This document shows positions 48,024 through 57,982 of a stretch of 64,000 bases of DNA, one piece after another; positions within the stretch are counted from its first letter, which is position 1, and every line of letters begins with the position of its first letter. The notes below the pieces were generated by a model, which was given only the letters and a program-made list of their open reading frames with translations, was not told the DNA's origin and did no database searches. The stretch is taken from positions 1 to 64,000 of the forward strand of contig JAFCCC010000002.1 in the NCBI GenBank assembly GCA_017610385.1, read 5' to 3'. The translations under genes and the position numbers were made by a program. This DNA comes from Candidatus Nanohalarchaeota archaeon (GTDB taxonomy: Archaea; Nanohalarchaeota; Nanosalinia; Nanosalinales; JAFCCC01).

Positions 48024-49808
48024 CTAATTCCAAAGATTCTGATTTATTCGTGGTTTATTGTTCTTTTTTAGGTTAAAGAATATTAAAACGCCGGTTATTA
48101 TGCTTAAGAGCAGTAATAAGGAATTTAGAGTCATTGAAGTTACTGTAATATTTCCTGTGAAAGAAGTTTTATTACCTTGTAAATTGCCATCGGTCTGATT
48201 TAAAGTAAGATTAGATTCATCAGAGGTTTGAATGATGTTTTCTTGAGCATCTTCGGAATTTTCTGTTTCATTTAGTTCTGTAGTCTGGTTGGATCCGCTT
48301 GTTGTTTGATTGTTTGAAGATTCTTGGATTTGTTCGGTTGTTCCGGAGTTTCCACTAGGTGCCGTTTCTGTTTGTTGCTGAGTTCCTTGATTCGTTTCAG
48401 AATTATCTGTTTCTTCTTCCGGTTCATCAATCGCTAAATCACATGCTCTTGAAATTGCTGGTTTATTTGCTTCTGTTCCGCAAGAGTTTTGATCTTCACA
48501 AGTTCTTGTTTGAAGGTTATTTGAACAACTGGTCCATTCTAAACAGTTCCATTGTTCTATACAACCAATAGTAAGTAATTCATCACCACCAACAGGTAAA
48601 GCTTCTGAACCAACATTTACAACACCATTTAAAGCTGCTGTTTGAGCAGAATCTGGTGCTTTTAATGTATAATTTAATATTGTATCTTGTATTGGTAAGT
48701 ATGGTTGTACTGGTAAAAATAACCATTTAATTGTATTTCTAGAGTCATCTAAAAATCCTGATCCCAAATCAATTACTTCAAAACCATCTGGTATTTTTTC
48801 AGATAAAATTGCGCTTGGTGGCAAATTTGACTCATCAAAATTAACATTAATTGAAATTTGGAACTCATCAGATGGATTCAGATTAGAAGGGATGATTCTG
48901 GACGTTTCAATAGAATAACCAGAAACAGAAGGGATTAGTAGTAATAAAAATAGCATGAAAATTCCTGAAATGGCCCTAAGGCTTCCTACTTTTGATTTTT
49001 TTTCTTTTTTACTTCGAAGGTTCGGATTCTTTTTAATTTGTAAATAAGTGAAAACTCCAGAAAGCATTAGAAAAATTCCTAATAAATATGGCGTTGCTTG
49101 TGTTGCCAAAATCATGCCTGTAATGGGAGTTTTGTTCGTTTGAACAGTCTGATTATTATCAGTTTCATTTAATTGTGTAGTTGTTTCATTTTGATTTTCT
49201 GCAGTGTATGTTGTATTCATTGAATTCTGAGTCTCATTTGTAGTTGTGGTTTCATTTGGAGTTTCGTTCGGATTAGATGCTGTTGCTCCACCACCCCCTG
49301 AAGAAGTACTGGTTGTTACACTACATGGCATTGCTTCTAATGGCTTATATGTTTCTGTTCCACAATGATTGCTATCAGTACAGGTTCTGTATTGATATGA
49401 TCCAGTACAAATGCTCCAAATTCCACAATTCCACGATTCTGTGCACGAAACAGTTTTAATTTCGAAAGTTGTGTTTGATTGAATGGTGGATGAAGAAGCA
49501 TAAACTGTATAAACCCCATCAACTAATGAATCAGCTAATTGAACTTGAGAATAAAAATTACCTAAAGAATCAGTTGTGGTCTGATCTAAAAAGTAGAGCT
49601 CTTGGTTTGGTTTTAAGACTTGAATCCCAATTTGCTGATTTGGATATGGATTTCCATTATCTTTTAAAGAACCTGAAATTTCAACTAAATCTTCGGGGTT
49701 ATAATTTGCTGTGTTTGTAGAAACTTCGAGAGTTTGAGCTGCAGTTACGATTCCAATAAAAACTATACTTAACAGAAATACCGAGATAAATTTACCTTTA
49801 TTAATCAT
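48024..49808 (-). CDS. two-module membrane-anchored surface protein (Ig-like domain A + TM; internal signal; beta-sandwich domain B + TM)
   Basis: Signal, domain A, CTESWNCGIWSIC, linker, ITG, TM, basic stretch; second signal-like segment ending PSVSG, domain B, CIEQWNCLEWTSC, linker, FTG, TM. Confidence 0.85.
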   Translation of the reverse strand: MINKGKFISVFLLSIVFIGIVTAAQTLEVSTNTANYNPEDLVEISGSLKDNGNPYPNQQIGIQVLKPNQELYFLDQTTTDSLGNFYSQVQLADSLVDGVYTVYASSSTIQSNTTFEIKTVSCTESWNCGIWSICTGSYQYRTCTDSNHCGTETYKPLEAMPCSVTTSTSSGGGGATASNPNETPNETTTTNETQNSMNTTYTAENQNETTTQLNETDNNQTVQTNKTPITGMILATQATPYLLGIFLMLSGVFTYLQIKKNPNLRSKKEKKSKVGSLRAISGIFMLFLLLLIPSVSGYSIETSRIIPSNLNPSDEFQISINVNFDESNLPPSAILSEKIPDGFEVIDLGSGFLDDSRNTIKWLFLPVQPYLPIQDTILNYTLKAPDSAQTAALNGVVNVGSEALPVGGDELLTIGCIEQWNCLEWTSCSNNLQTRTCEDQNSCGTEANKPAISRACDLAIDEPEEETDNSETNQGTQQQTETAPSGNSGTTEQIQESSNNQTTSGSNQTTELNETENSEDAQENIIQTSDESNLTLNQTDGNLQGNKTSFTGNITVTSMTLNSLLLLLSIITGVLIFFNLKKNNKPRINQNLWN

Positions 49809-49908
49809 TGCTTCCCCTCTTCACTTTAACTCTCATTCTAAACTTATAAATCTTTTGTTTCTGTTTAGTAACAATAAGTTTTTATAGTTTTAATTATTAC
49901 ATAAAATC

Positions 49909-50517
49909 ATGTCTTTAAAGTCCTCCCACATAGGTGATTCAGTAATAATAGAACCTGAACTAGTAAAAGTAGAACCATATGTAGAAAGCAAACAAGAAGC
50001 TTTTGATGAATGTCCCATCGCTGTTTTTAGATTTGTATATAATCCAGAACAAATTGTTCCTAAAATTACTAAAAGACATGGACTTAGAATTCTTTATGAA
50101 GGAACCTGCTCGGAAAATGGCAAATTAAGAGAGCGTGTTTTTTCTGCACGATTTGGAATGGAATATACGATTGCGCCAGATGATTATTGTTCATATGTTA
50201 ATATACGATTGGAACCAGGCAATAATCCGTATGAAAATTTGGTTCGAGAAAATATGAGGACTTTGAGAAATCTAGAAATATTTATGAACGGTACTACTCG
50301 ATTTAAGACGTTTAATACTATTACAGACTTTAGAAAAGCACGAAATTGGATAATAATCGAAAGAGAAGATGGTGGTTATGATGTTGAATGTGAATTTCCA
50401 AGAGAGATTCAAAGACTAGAACCACATACTGCGTTAAAGATGGACGTAGGTGACATAGTTTATCTGTTAGACAAAAATTCAGCTAACTTTCTTCAGAAAG
50501 TGAAAGACCAGCTTTAA
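49909..50517 (+). CDS. hypothetical protein, paralog of 50641..51108
   Basis: Shares VF...Y.P...V..I.K..G..I and M..GDIV..LD with the next gene. Confidence 0.75.
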   Translation: MSLKSSHIGDSVIIEPELVKVEPYVESKQEAFDECPIAVFRFVYNPEQIVPKITKRHGLRILYEGTCSENGKLRERVFSARFGMEYTIAPDDYCSYVNIRLEPGNNPYENLVRENMRTLRNLEIFMNGTTRFKTFNTITDFRKARNWIIIEREDGGYDVECEFPREIQRLEPHTALKMDVGDIVYLLDKNSANFLQKVKDQL

Positions 50518-50640
50518 TTCTTCAGTTTGTTTTTTGAACGACTGTGCCAAATCATTTCTTATATTTTACATATTAAAATTACTATGTTTTAGTAGTGTAT
50601 TTAACATAGTTTTTTATATTTTAATACACAAATTTCACAT

Positions 50641-51108
50641 ATGAACGATGACGTAATGGTATTTAAGGCAACATATGTTCCTCAAGAAGTAATTTTTAGT
50701 ATTCCAAAGATCCGGGGTGTTGAAATTATTCGAACAAAAGAAGCAGTGTATGCTGGAGATTCTGTACGAGTTTATTTTAGTGCAAGACCTAAAAGTAAAA
50801 TATACATAGGTACCCCAAGCACAATGACTGGGGATCACATTAAAATTGAATTGAATCCTCATACACGAATTGCTCATCAAAGAGAAAGACAAATGGATAT
50901 TGATAATGCATTATATTCTTTACAGACTCTTGACCCAGAAGTAGTTTTTAGTACGTATGTGTGTCCAGTAAACTTGTACAGGTTCGATGGAGAAGGAGGT
51001 AAACCTAAAACTATAAAAATTCCTGCATATTCTACTGAAAGGATGAAAATAGGGGATATTGTGGAAATATTGGACGGAAAAGTTAGATTCCAGAGAATGT
51101 CTGGATAG
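50641..51108 (+). CDS. hypothetical protein, paralog of 49909..50517
   Basis: C-terminal MKIGDIVEILDG; own TTTATA promoter element. Confidence 0.75.
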   Translation: MNDDVMVFKATYVPQEVIFSIPKIRGVEIIRTKEAVYAGDSVRVYFSARPKSKIYIGTPSTMTGDHIKIELNPHTRIAHQRERQMDIDNALYSLQTLDPEVVFSTYVCPVNLYRFDGEGGKPKTIKIPAYSTERMKIGDIVEILDGKVRFQRMSG

Positions 51109-51112
51109 TATT

Positions 51113-51631
51113 CTAATTCTTTTTCATTTCATTCATAGAAACTGCTGTATGTAATAAAATTGAGTTAAAACGATTCACTTTAATTTTTTTCACTAATTCT
51201 TTATAATTATATGTTCTAATCTCAATATCTTCTGTTCTATCTTGTTTTATCGAATCTTTCTTAAGATCTTCTGCAACATAAAAATAGATTTTATGATTTG
51301 AAATGCACGCAGTTGGAAGCAAAAATCCCAAATATTCTAATTTTCCTGCACTGTAACCTATTTCTTCTCTAAGTTCTCGTTGGGCCGCTTGCTCAGATGT
51401 TTCATTTTCTTCTATACTTCCGGCCACTGGCTCTAAAATTCTGTCTTTTACTGCTTGTCTGTAAACATCAACTAAAACAACAGTTTGTGAATCTAAAAAT
51501 GCAAGAACACAAATCGCATCTTTCATATCAATAATGTCATAAGTATATTCACAGTTCCCTAAATCTACTTTTTCTGTTCGTAATGTAATCCAGTTTTTAT
51601 AGATTTCTTTGGTTTCAAGAATTTTCTTCAT
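51113..51631 (-). CDS. NUDIX hydrolase (ADP-ribose pyrophosphatase-like)
   Basis: YRQAV, Nudix box AGSIEENETSEQAAQRELREEIGY, D.TEDI. Confidence 0.92.
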   Translation of the reverse strand: MKKILETKEIYKNWITLRTEKVDLGNCEYTYDIIDMKDAICVLAFLDSQTVVLVDVYRQAVKDRILEPVAGSIEENETSEQAAQRELREEIGYSAGKLEYLGFLLPTACISNHKIYFYVAEDLKKDSIKQDRTEDIEIRTYNYKELVKKIKVNRFNSILLHTAVSMNEMKKN

Positions 51632-51761
51632 GGTAGTCTTAATTACTCTCGCAAGATAAGTTAAATCAATTTCGGAGAAAATTAAACGACTTCAAAATAT
51701 TTTAAATTATATTTTACATACTTTTTAATAGTTTTTTTCACATACTAATTTTGTGAATTAA

Positions 51762-52001
51762 ATGTCAGATGGAGAAACTGATGGCTATAGAGAAATTCTT
51801 ATTGGGGATGGTGAACTAAGAATTAGAAGAGCTGAAATGAAATATTTCAAAGAAACAACTCCTGAGAATTTACAATCAATTTTGGATGCATGTCAGAGAT
51901 TGGAAAATGAATTTGAGTGCAATGCATATTACAGATCACTTGCACAGGCAATAACAGATCCAATAAAAATGCAATATCAAGAAGTATTAGAAGAACTTTA
52001 G
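51762..52001 (+). CDS. hypothetical protein (79 aa)
   Basis: ATG with TTTTAA element ~35 nt upstream; acidic helical ORF. Confidence 0.55.
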   Translation: MSDGETDGYREILIGDGELRIRRAEMKYFKETTPENLQSILDACQRLENEFECNAYYRSLAQAITDPIKMQYQEVLEEL

Positions 52002-52672
52002 AAGAGAGTATTATCGTGGAAGTGATTAACTTCAAAATAGTCTATAGAGTAAATGCCTTTTGCTGCAACAAAAATTCTGTACTGCCCACTTAAAGAAGTT
52101 GGCGGGAGTGTAAAATAAACTACGTAATTTCCATTTTCATTTGTTGAAATTTGATCTAAAAAAACAGGACCATAATTAGAATTAATAACTTGAATTGCAA
52201 TTGGTTCATTTGCAATTGGTTCTGAATCATACAAAGTTCCTCCAATTGCAACTAATTCATTTGAATTAAAACTCTCTTTATTTACGTTTATTGTCAAAGT
52301 TTTAGTGTTCTTTACTACTTCAAAAGTCACTTCTCTTATTTGATTTCCATTCGTAACATAAACTGTGTAAAATCCTTCGAGAGAATTTTCATTTAATTGG
52401 AATATGTCTTCAAAGTAGCCGTTTGCATCTGTTTTAATTTGATTTACATGATACATTCCTACGGGTGTTGTGATTTGAATGCCTATGTCTTGACTTATAT
52501 CTGGTTCTCCGTTAGATAACAAAGTTCCACTAATCTTGACAGAACTACCTAAAGCATAAACTGAATGATCTGTGTTTACTTCTAAAGAGTAGCTATATGG
52601 TTGAATTGCGAGAATAAGTTGTGTTGAAATAAGAATTAATGGAATGAGTAATAGCAGTAACGCTTTTTTCAT
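51998..52672 (-). CDS. secreted protein with two Ig-like (MG2-like) domain A copies
   Basis: Signal peptide; two repeats of V.T....Y.....V.I.GTL.....I.IQ....Q..T..NG....F.L....G.Y; no C-terminal TM. Confidence 0.85.
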   Translation of the reverse strand: MKKALLLLLIPLILISTQLILAIQPYSYSLEVNTDHSVYALGSSVKISGTLLSNGEPDISQDIGIQITTPVGMYHVNQIKTDANGYFEDIFQLNENSLEGFYTVYVTNGNQIREVTFEVVKNTKTLTINVNKESFNSNELVAIGGTLYDSEPIANEPIAIQVINSNYGPVFLDQISTNENGNYVVYFTLPPTSLSGQYRIFVAAKGIYSIDYFEVNHFHDNTLF

Positions 52673-52757
52673 TATGAGGAATTATATTCGTGATTGAGTA
52701 CACTTGTTTATGCTGCTTTTATTGTATGGATAGTTGATAAGTAAGCATCATAATTGC

Positions 52758-55058
52758 TTATGCTACTGTGAATGAAGTTTGGAATGGAGCCGAATATGCT
52801 TCCCAGCTTCCTTGTGAGATCCAGTTATTCCAGTTGAAAACTTTGACTGTGTATTCCTTTCCACTTGAAACACCTGTTGGAAGTACAAAGCCTACTGTAA
52901 TTTCAGAAGTGCCTCCATGATTAATTGATGTTTTTACAGTTCCAATGAAAAGAGGAGTTGATCCGTCTAATACTTCTACGATTTGCATTGGTGTTTTTGA
53001 AAGTGTGTCTGTGTTTTCAACATTAACTTTGATATTGAATTGTCCGCCAGCTGAAATTGAGCTCGCAGGATCGAAATTGTGATTTAAAACCTGAACATTT
53101 GTAATAGTTAAAGGGTAAGATTCTTGTGAAGTTGTAAAAGTATAATCTGCGCTTACTGCTTCATTTGTACTTGCATCAGTTGATTTAACTCTATAATGAT
53201 ACAAAGTTCCTTCAGTTAGGCCAGTTAAAGTAAGTGAATGATCAGTTAAGTATGCTAAGTGAGTTTTTTCTGATCCATAAGTAATTGTTTGACCATATTC
53301 TACTTTTCCATTTGCTAATTCATCAGTATCCCAGCTAATTGTTGCAGAATTTCCAGTAACTGAACTTATTTGAATATTTGAAATAACAGGATCTGTTGTA
53401 TCTGGAGCACTTAAAGTTGTAAAAGTATAATCAGAACTTGTGGCCTCATTTGTACTTGCGTCAGCTGATTTAACTCTGTAATGATATAAAGTGCCTGCAG
53501 TTAGGCTACCCAATGTAATTCCGTGAGAGGTTACTAAAGTCGATAGTATTTCAGAATTTCCATAGGCCGTTGTTGTTCCGTATTCGACAACAGAGTTAGC
53601 TAATTCATCAGTGGTCCAAGAGATCACAGCTGAATTTAAACTTGGATTTGATAATATATTTGAAATTACAGGCGCAGTTGTATCTGGTGCGCCACCAGTA
53701 ACAGTTAGTTGAGTGTCACCAACGACTGAATAAATTCCAGCAGGTATTTGTATTGCTCCAAGGAAATTAAAAGTACCCCTTGAAATTGGCTTTAGTGTAT
53801 ATGTATACGTTGTATCTTGAACATGTGTACCCAAATAAGAACTTTCAAAGACTCGCCAAGTTAAGGTTCTAGAATCTGAAGACCAGATACCATTACCTGT
53901 ATTAACTATGTCAAAATTTTGTGGAATGGTTTCTCTTAATGTATAAGAAGTTGGTTTATTCGGTTCATTGACATCTACGATTAATTGAACGTTAAAATTA
54001 AGATTTTGATCGGCGGTTTGTGGAAGATTTCGAGTTACTCCAATTTGGTCATTTGTCAAAATAGATGTTGTAAAAGTGTAATCACTTGAAACCGCGGGAT
54101 TATTATTTGCGTCAATTGAAATTACATGATAATGATAAGTTGTTGCAGGACTTAATCCTGTTAAAATAATTGAGTGAGAAACAACATCACTTGTGTCTGT
54201 TTCAGCGGAGCCGTAACCTGTTGTTACGCCATATTCTACAGTTGAATCAGAATTCTCGTCAGTTGTCCATGTAATTGTTGCGGAGGTTGAGCTTATTGTG
54301 CTTTGAACATCAGAAATAACAGGAGGTATTTGATCCTGTTGAACTTCTGAAACAATAATGTTTGTCGGAATACCTAGTGCAGAATTTCCTATGGGATCAC
54401 TGCAGAATACATAAGCAGAGTAGGTTCCGGCGGTTGTGAAAGTGTACGTTTTTGTGGCAGTACAACTTACACAAGGGGAACTTAAACTCATAGCGCCTTT
54501 ATTAACGCCATCAACATAAAGACTACAAGAAGCAACGCCGGTATTATCAGATACATCCACTGAGTAGGTTTGAGCTTGCCCAGCATTTGCTGCTAAAGGA
54601 CTTATGCTCCCTACAATAGGTGTTTCTGTGTCACCTTGACCACTTGTAACTTGTAATTGTGTATTTCCTAATACGTTATATGTATCTGAATCATCTTGAA
54701 TGGTTCCTGTGAAATCATAAGTTGATTCAACGGTTGTTCTAAGTTGGTATGTATAAGTTATATCTTCAATAACTTGACCCATAAAACTGTCAATTACTAG
54801 CCATTTAATGGTTCTTGTATTCGCGAACCAGCTACCTCCACCCGTACTAATCACTTCAAAATTCTCTGGGATATATTCGGTTAAGATATAGACCGAAGGC
54901 TTATTTGATTCGTCAATATTTACTTCCAAATTTATGTTCAAATTTGCAAGGATTAATGCAGAAGTTGGTAAGACTCTTGTAACTTCCGCTTGAGTTGCAT
55001 TAATTGCCGGCAATGCCAGTAAAAGCAATAATGGAATTAGGAATAGTTTGTATTTCAT
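52758..55058 (-). CDS. secreted multidomain protein: 2x domain B, 3x FN3 (purple-acid-phosphatase N-type), C-terminal Ig-like domain
   Basis: Signal peptide; VTR.LP...E.IP.NF...W repeats; three PVIS...SA.I.W.TDE...VEYG.T..YG...H...L..L..GT.YHY.V.S.D repeats; no TM anchor. Confidence 0.9.
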   Translation of the reverse strand: MKYKLFLIPLLLLLALPAINATQAEVTRVLPTSALILANLNINLEVNIDESNKPSVYILTEYIPENFEVISTGGGSWFANTRTIKWLVIDSFMGQVIEDITYTYQLRTTVESTYDFTGTIQDDSDTYNVLGNTQLQVTSGQGDTETPIVGSISPLAANAGQAQTYSVDVSDNTGVASCSLYVDGVNKGAMSLSSPCVSCTATKTYTFTTAGTYSAYVFCSDPIGNSALGIPTNIIVSEVQQDQIPPVISDVQSTISSTSATITWTTDENSDSTVEYGVTTGYGSAETDTSDVVSHSIILTGLSPATTYHYHVISIDANNNPAVSSDYTFTTSILTNDQIGVTRNLPQTADQNLNFNVQLIVDVNEPNKPTSYTLRETIPQNFDIVNTGNGIWSSDSRTLTWRVFESSYLGTHVQDTTYTYTLKPISRGTFNFLGAIQIPAGIYSVVGDTQLTVTGGAPDTTAPVISNILSNPSLNSAVISWTTDELANSVVEYGTTTAYGNSEILSTLVTSHGITLGSLTAGTLYHYRVKSADASTNEATSSDYTFTTLSAPDTTDPVISNIQISSVTGNSATISWDTDELANGKVEYGQTITYGSEKTHLAYLTDHSLTLTGLTEGTLYHYRVKSTDASTNEAVSADYTFTTSQESYPLTITNVQVLNHNFDPASSISAGGQFNIKVNVENTDTLSKTPMQIVEVLDGSTPLFIGTVKTSINHGGTSEITVGFVLPTGVSSGKEYTVKVFNWNNWISQGSWEAYSAPFQTSFTVA

Positions 55059-55194
55059 TTTTATTTACCTCTTTGATTTTTTTGAAACTCCCAATTTTTA
55101 TGGAAGTTACATAAATTGTAAATATGAAGTTTTATTACTGTTCTGATACGAACGATACGAATATATATTTTTTGTATTGTTTTGAGCCTTTCTG

Positions 55195-55243
55195 AAATAA
55201 AAAGAAAGGGAAAAGGGAAGATGAGTATTTAACTCACCCTTTA
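55195..55243 (-). terminator. hairpin plus pyrimidine tract after the 57982..55259 gene
   Basis: Minus strand GGGTGAGT-TAAAT-ACTCATCT followed by TCCCTTTTCCCTTTCTTTTT. Confidence 0.6.
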
Positions 55244-55258
55244 TTGCTTCAGTACCTT

Positions 55259-57982
55259 TTAGATGTGCATCCATACAAGAACTGCTTCAATCAATCTTGA
55301 GTCGGGATCGCAAGGAGTTTCATTACACGGATATGCTTTTGGATATCCTTCACAAACACCTGTATCAGAACCACTACCCATCCAATTTAGGATATAATGT
55401 AGAAGTTCACTATCACCGATAAATTGATTGTTGTCAGTATCTGCATCTGCAGCACCACAAGTCAACGGTTCAGTACACCATGGCCAGGTCTTTTCCTCTG
55501 TTGTAACAAATAATTTGTTCAACGGAGTTACATCTTCGCCAATATGATCAACGAAAACATCAACCTCTGTTTTGCCAATGTTTGGTGTGTCGAATCCTGC
55601 AGAGTAGAAAGTTGCAGCTGCGTGTCCGTATTCATCAGTATAAGCGATGATTTTTCGACCACTCATTCCGTCGTCAACAATACTAGGATCGCTGACTTCG
55701 AATTTGACTTGTGCGCCTTCTAATTGAACAGGTTTACAGTAGTGTGTGTAATCTGGAGTGCTATCATTTATCATTCCAGCTAATTCCAAAGGAGTTTGAG
55801 CTGTTAAACTACTCAATCCACGTTGGGAATATAGTTCTTTTTCATAAATAATTTGATCCCAGTTACACCACAATAGTGCAGTTCTCAAAACTGTGGAAGA
55901 AGTTCCATCAGCAGTAATGAACGCAGGCTGAGCCCATGTCCAAACAGCGTTTGGTGTCATTCCTTCGTCTTGTCTTGCACATACTTGTGCCCATGCATTT
56001 CCGAGTATTTCTCCGTTTTGTCCGGTAACTCTAATTTTTGTGCATCCTTCATTACTTACTGGAATTGTTCCAGAAGATCTGAAAATTGCTGTAGCTTTAC
56101 CTTCCTCATCGGTATAAGCATACACGGAATCAACATCACTATCAAATTCTGTCGAATCTTTGTTCATTACAATAGTGTTGTCCATTACATGGAATTCTAC
56201 TCTAATTCCCGCTCTTTTTACAGGATTGCAGAAACTATCTGCGGTATTTGGATTCTCTCTTTCACAAACTTGTGCTGTAACATATACAGGTTTGTCTCCA
56301 TCTGCTGAAATGACAGAAGGGGAAGCATGTGCTGGATTAGATTCATCGTAACCCATCATATCTTGATCTGTATATACATTTATGCCATTAGGTTTGAAAC
56401 CGTGTGGCTGAATGACTGTTACATATGTGTTTGTGACGCTGATTGAATCTGAAATACTTGAAACGTCGATATAAGCATTACCAGGGGCTACATTATCCTC
56501 TTTGCAATCCTTAGCTGTAAATTCTGCATAAGCATAACCAAATGCATTGGTTTCAGCAACAATTATGGCATGACCATCATTGTCAACATCTGCAGAATCA
56601 TAAACTAATTCTGAATTTCTTGAGGTAAATGTAATTGGTCTTCCAGACATGAATACAGGGTATCCATTTGTTTTATCTAGAAGTTGTGCTGTAACCTTAA
56701 CCTTAGATTCGCCATCACACAAGATCTTACCTGGAGACATTGTAACATCTAATGCCTCTGGCCAGTATTGTGCATCAACTAATTCAACATCAACATCATC
56801 GTTTTTGAAGAATTCTGCTGAAGCTTCAATTCTAGCTTCTGTTAGGGTATTTTGATCGTGTATGCCGTTTGACCTAAAGGTAGTAGTATAAACACCGCCT
56901 TGTGGAAATCTTCCATCTTCGTCTTCGACTTCAGCGTAACCAGGATTGGTTGTATAGAATGGATTTGTAGGTACTAGTTGGCTTATGTCATGAGAGACAA
57001 ATGAAACCACTTTTGCAGGTGGATTTCTGATAATGTGACCATTATCTTTTCTTAGTTGAACACAAGCTTCAACAGTTGAAGTTCCATCAGCTAAGATTTG
57101 TAATGGGAATTCAGAAACGTACAATTGACCATTAATGTTTGTAGTACCGTAATTTAAGGTAGTTTCTACATTAATCGTTTTTTTAAGTATTCCGTATCCT
57201 CCATCAACTTCCACCATGATATCTACATCGCCATCATTTTCGGAGCCTGCACCAGATGATACAAAAGTTGCATATGCAACACCTTGATCATTGGTATAAG
57301 CTTCAACCATATCAGTTCCGTCGACAGCTCTTACAATGTTGGTTTTATCTGAAACGAATTTAATCTTTACGCCAGATTTCTTGACTGGTACATCAGGATT
57401 TAAATCGTCTTTTAATTGTGCTGCGATAACGATTCTTGAAACTCCGTCAGCTATAATATCTGGATAATCTATATCAGGAGTTTCTTTATCAAATGCGTCA
57501 CCGTTAGGACACTTGGACAATTCTACCATATCAGGCACGTGTGCCTTGACATCAACTAATGTAGAACAAGATTCTTGTTGTAAGGATCTACATCGAATCT
57601 CAACATTGTCTGCAACATTGGCATTTCTATTCCCTGTGGAATAAAAATTTAGAACAACTCTTCCGAATTTATTGGTAGTTCCGATTGCAATTGCGCCACC
57701 AAGAACACCGTTGTTTAAAACGTCGGTATTTTGAGATTCACATTTGATCTCAACTCCACACATTTTAACAGGTTCGCCAGGATAAGTTTCATCATCTGCA
57801 CTCATCAACTGAACGGTAACCTGAGTCATAGAAGAGTTATTTTGATCCCAAGTTGCGTGAATTACAGAAGGTTCTGCATCACACTCGAGAACGTCTGGTA
57901 CTGCAGCAAAAGCTAGACCGCTAAATAATAGAGACATTGTGAAAATGCTCATTATTACGGCAAACTTTGCTACGTTTTTCAT
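55259..57982 (-). CDS. secreted protein with invasin/intimin-type Ig (Big_1-like) repeats and a C-terminal dockerin-like EF-hand module
   Basis: AGGTGA Shine-Dalgarno before ATG 57982; signal peptide ending AFA; repeats I.ADG.S...AQ....V.F....T...G.A.A.F.S; C-terminal DTDNNQFIGDSELLHYILNW. Confidence 0.85.
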   Translation of the reverse strand: MKNVAKFAVIMSIFTMSLLFSGLAFAAVPDVLECDAEPSVIHATWDQNNSSMTQVTVQLMSADDETYPGEPVKMCGVEIKCESQNTDVLNNGVLGGAIAIGTTNKFGRVVLNFYSTGNRNANVADNVEIRCRSLQQESCSTLVDVKAHVPDMVELSKCPNGDAFDKETPDIDYPDIIADGVSRIVIAAQLKDDLNPDVPVKKSGVKIKFVSDKTNIVRAVDGTDMVEAYTNDQGVAYATFVSSGAGSENDGDVDIMVEVDGGYGILKKTINVETTLNYGTTNINGQLYVSEFPLQILADGTSTVEACVQLRKDNGHIIRNPPAKVVSFVSHDISQLVPTNPFYTTNPGYAEVEDEDGRFPQGGVYTTTFRSNGIHDQNTLTEARIEASAEFFKNDDVDVELVDAQYWPEALDVTMSPGKILCDGESKVKVTAQLLDKTNGYPVFMSGRPITFTSRNSELVYDSADVDNDGHAIIVAETNAFGYAYAEFTAKDCKEDNVAPGNAYIDVSSISDSISVTNTYVTVIQPHGFKPNGINVYTDQDMMGYDESNPAHASPSVISADGDKPVYVTAQVCERENPNTADSFCNPVKRAGIRVEFHVMDNTIVMNKDSTEFDSDVDSVYAYTDEEGKATAIFRSSGTIPVSNEGCTKIRVTGQNGEILGNAWAQVCARQDEGMTPNAVWTWAQPAFITADGTSSTVLRTALLWCNWDQIIYEKELYSQRGLSSLTAQTPLELAGMINDSTPDYTHYCKPVQLEGAQVKFEVSDPSIVDDGMSGRKIIAYTDEYGHAAATFYSAGFDTPNIGKTEVDVFVDHIGEDVTPLNKLFVTTEEKTWPWCTEPLTCGAADADTDNNQFIGDSELLHYILNWMGSGSDTGVCEGYPKAYPCNETPCDPDSRLIEAVLVWMHI

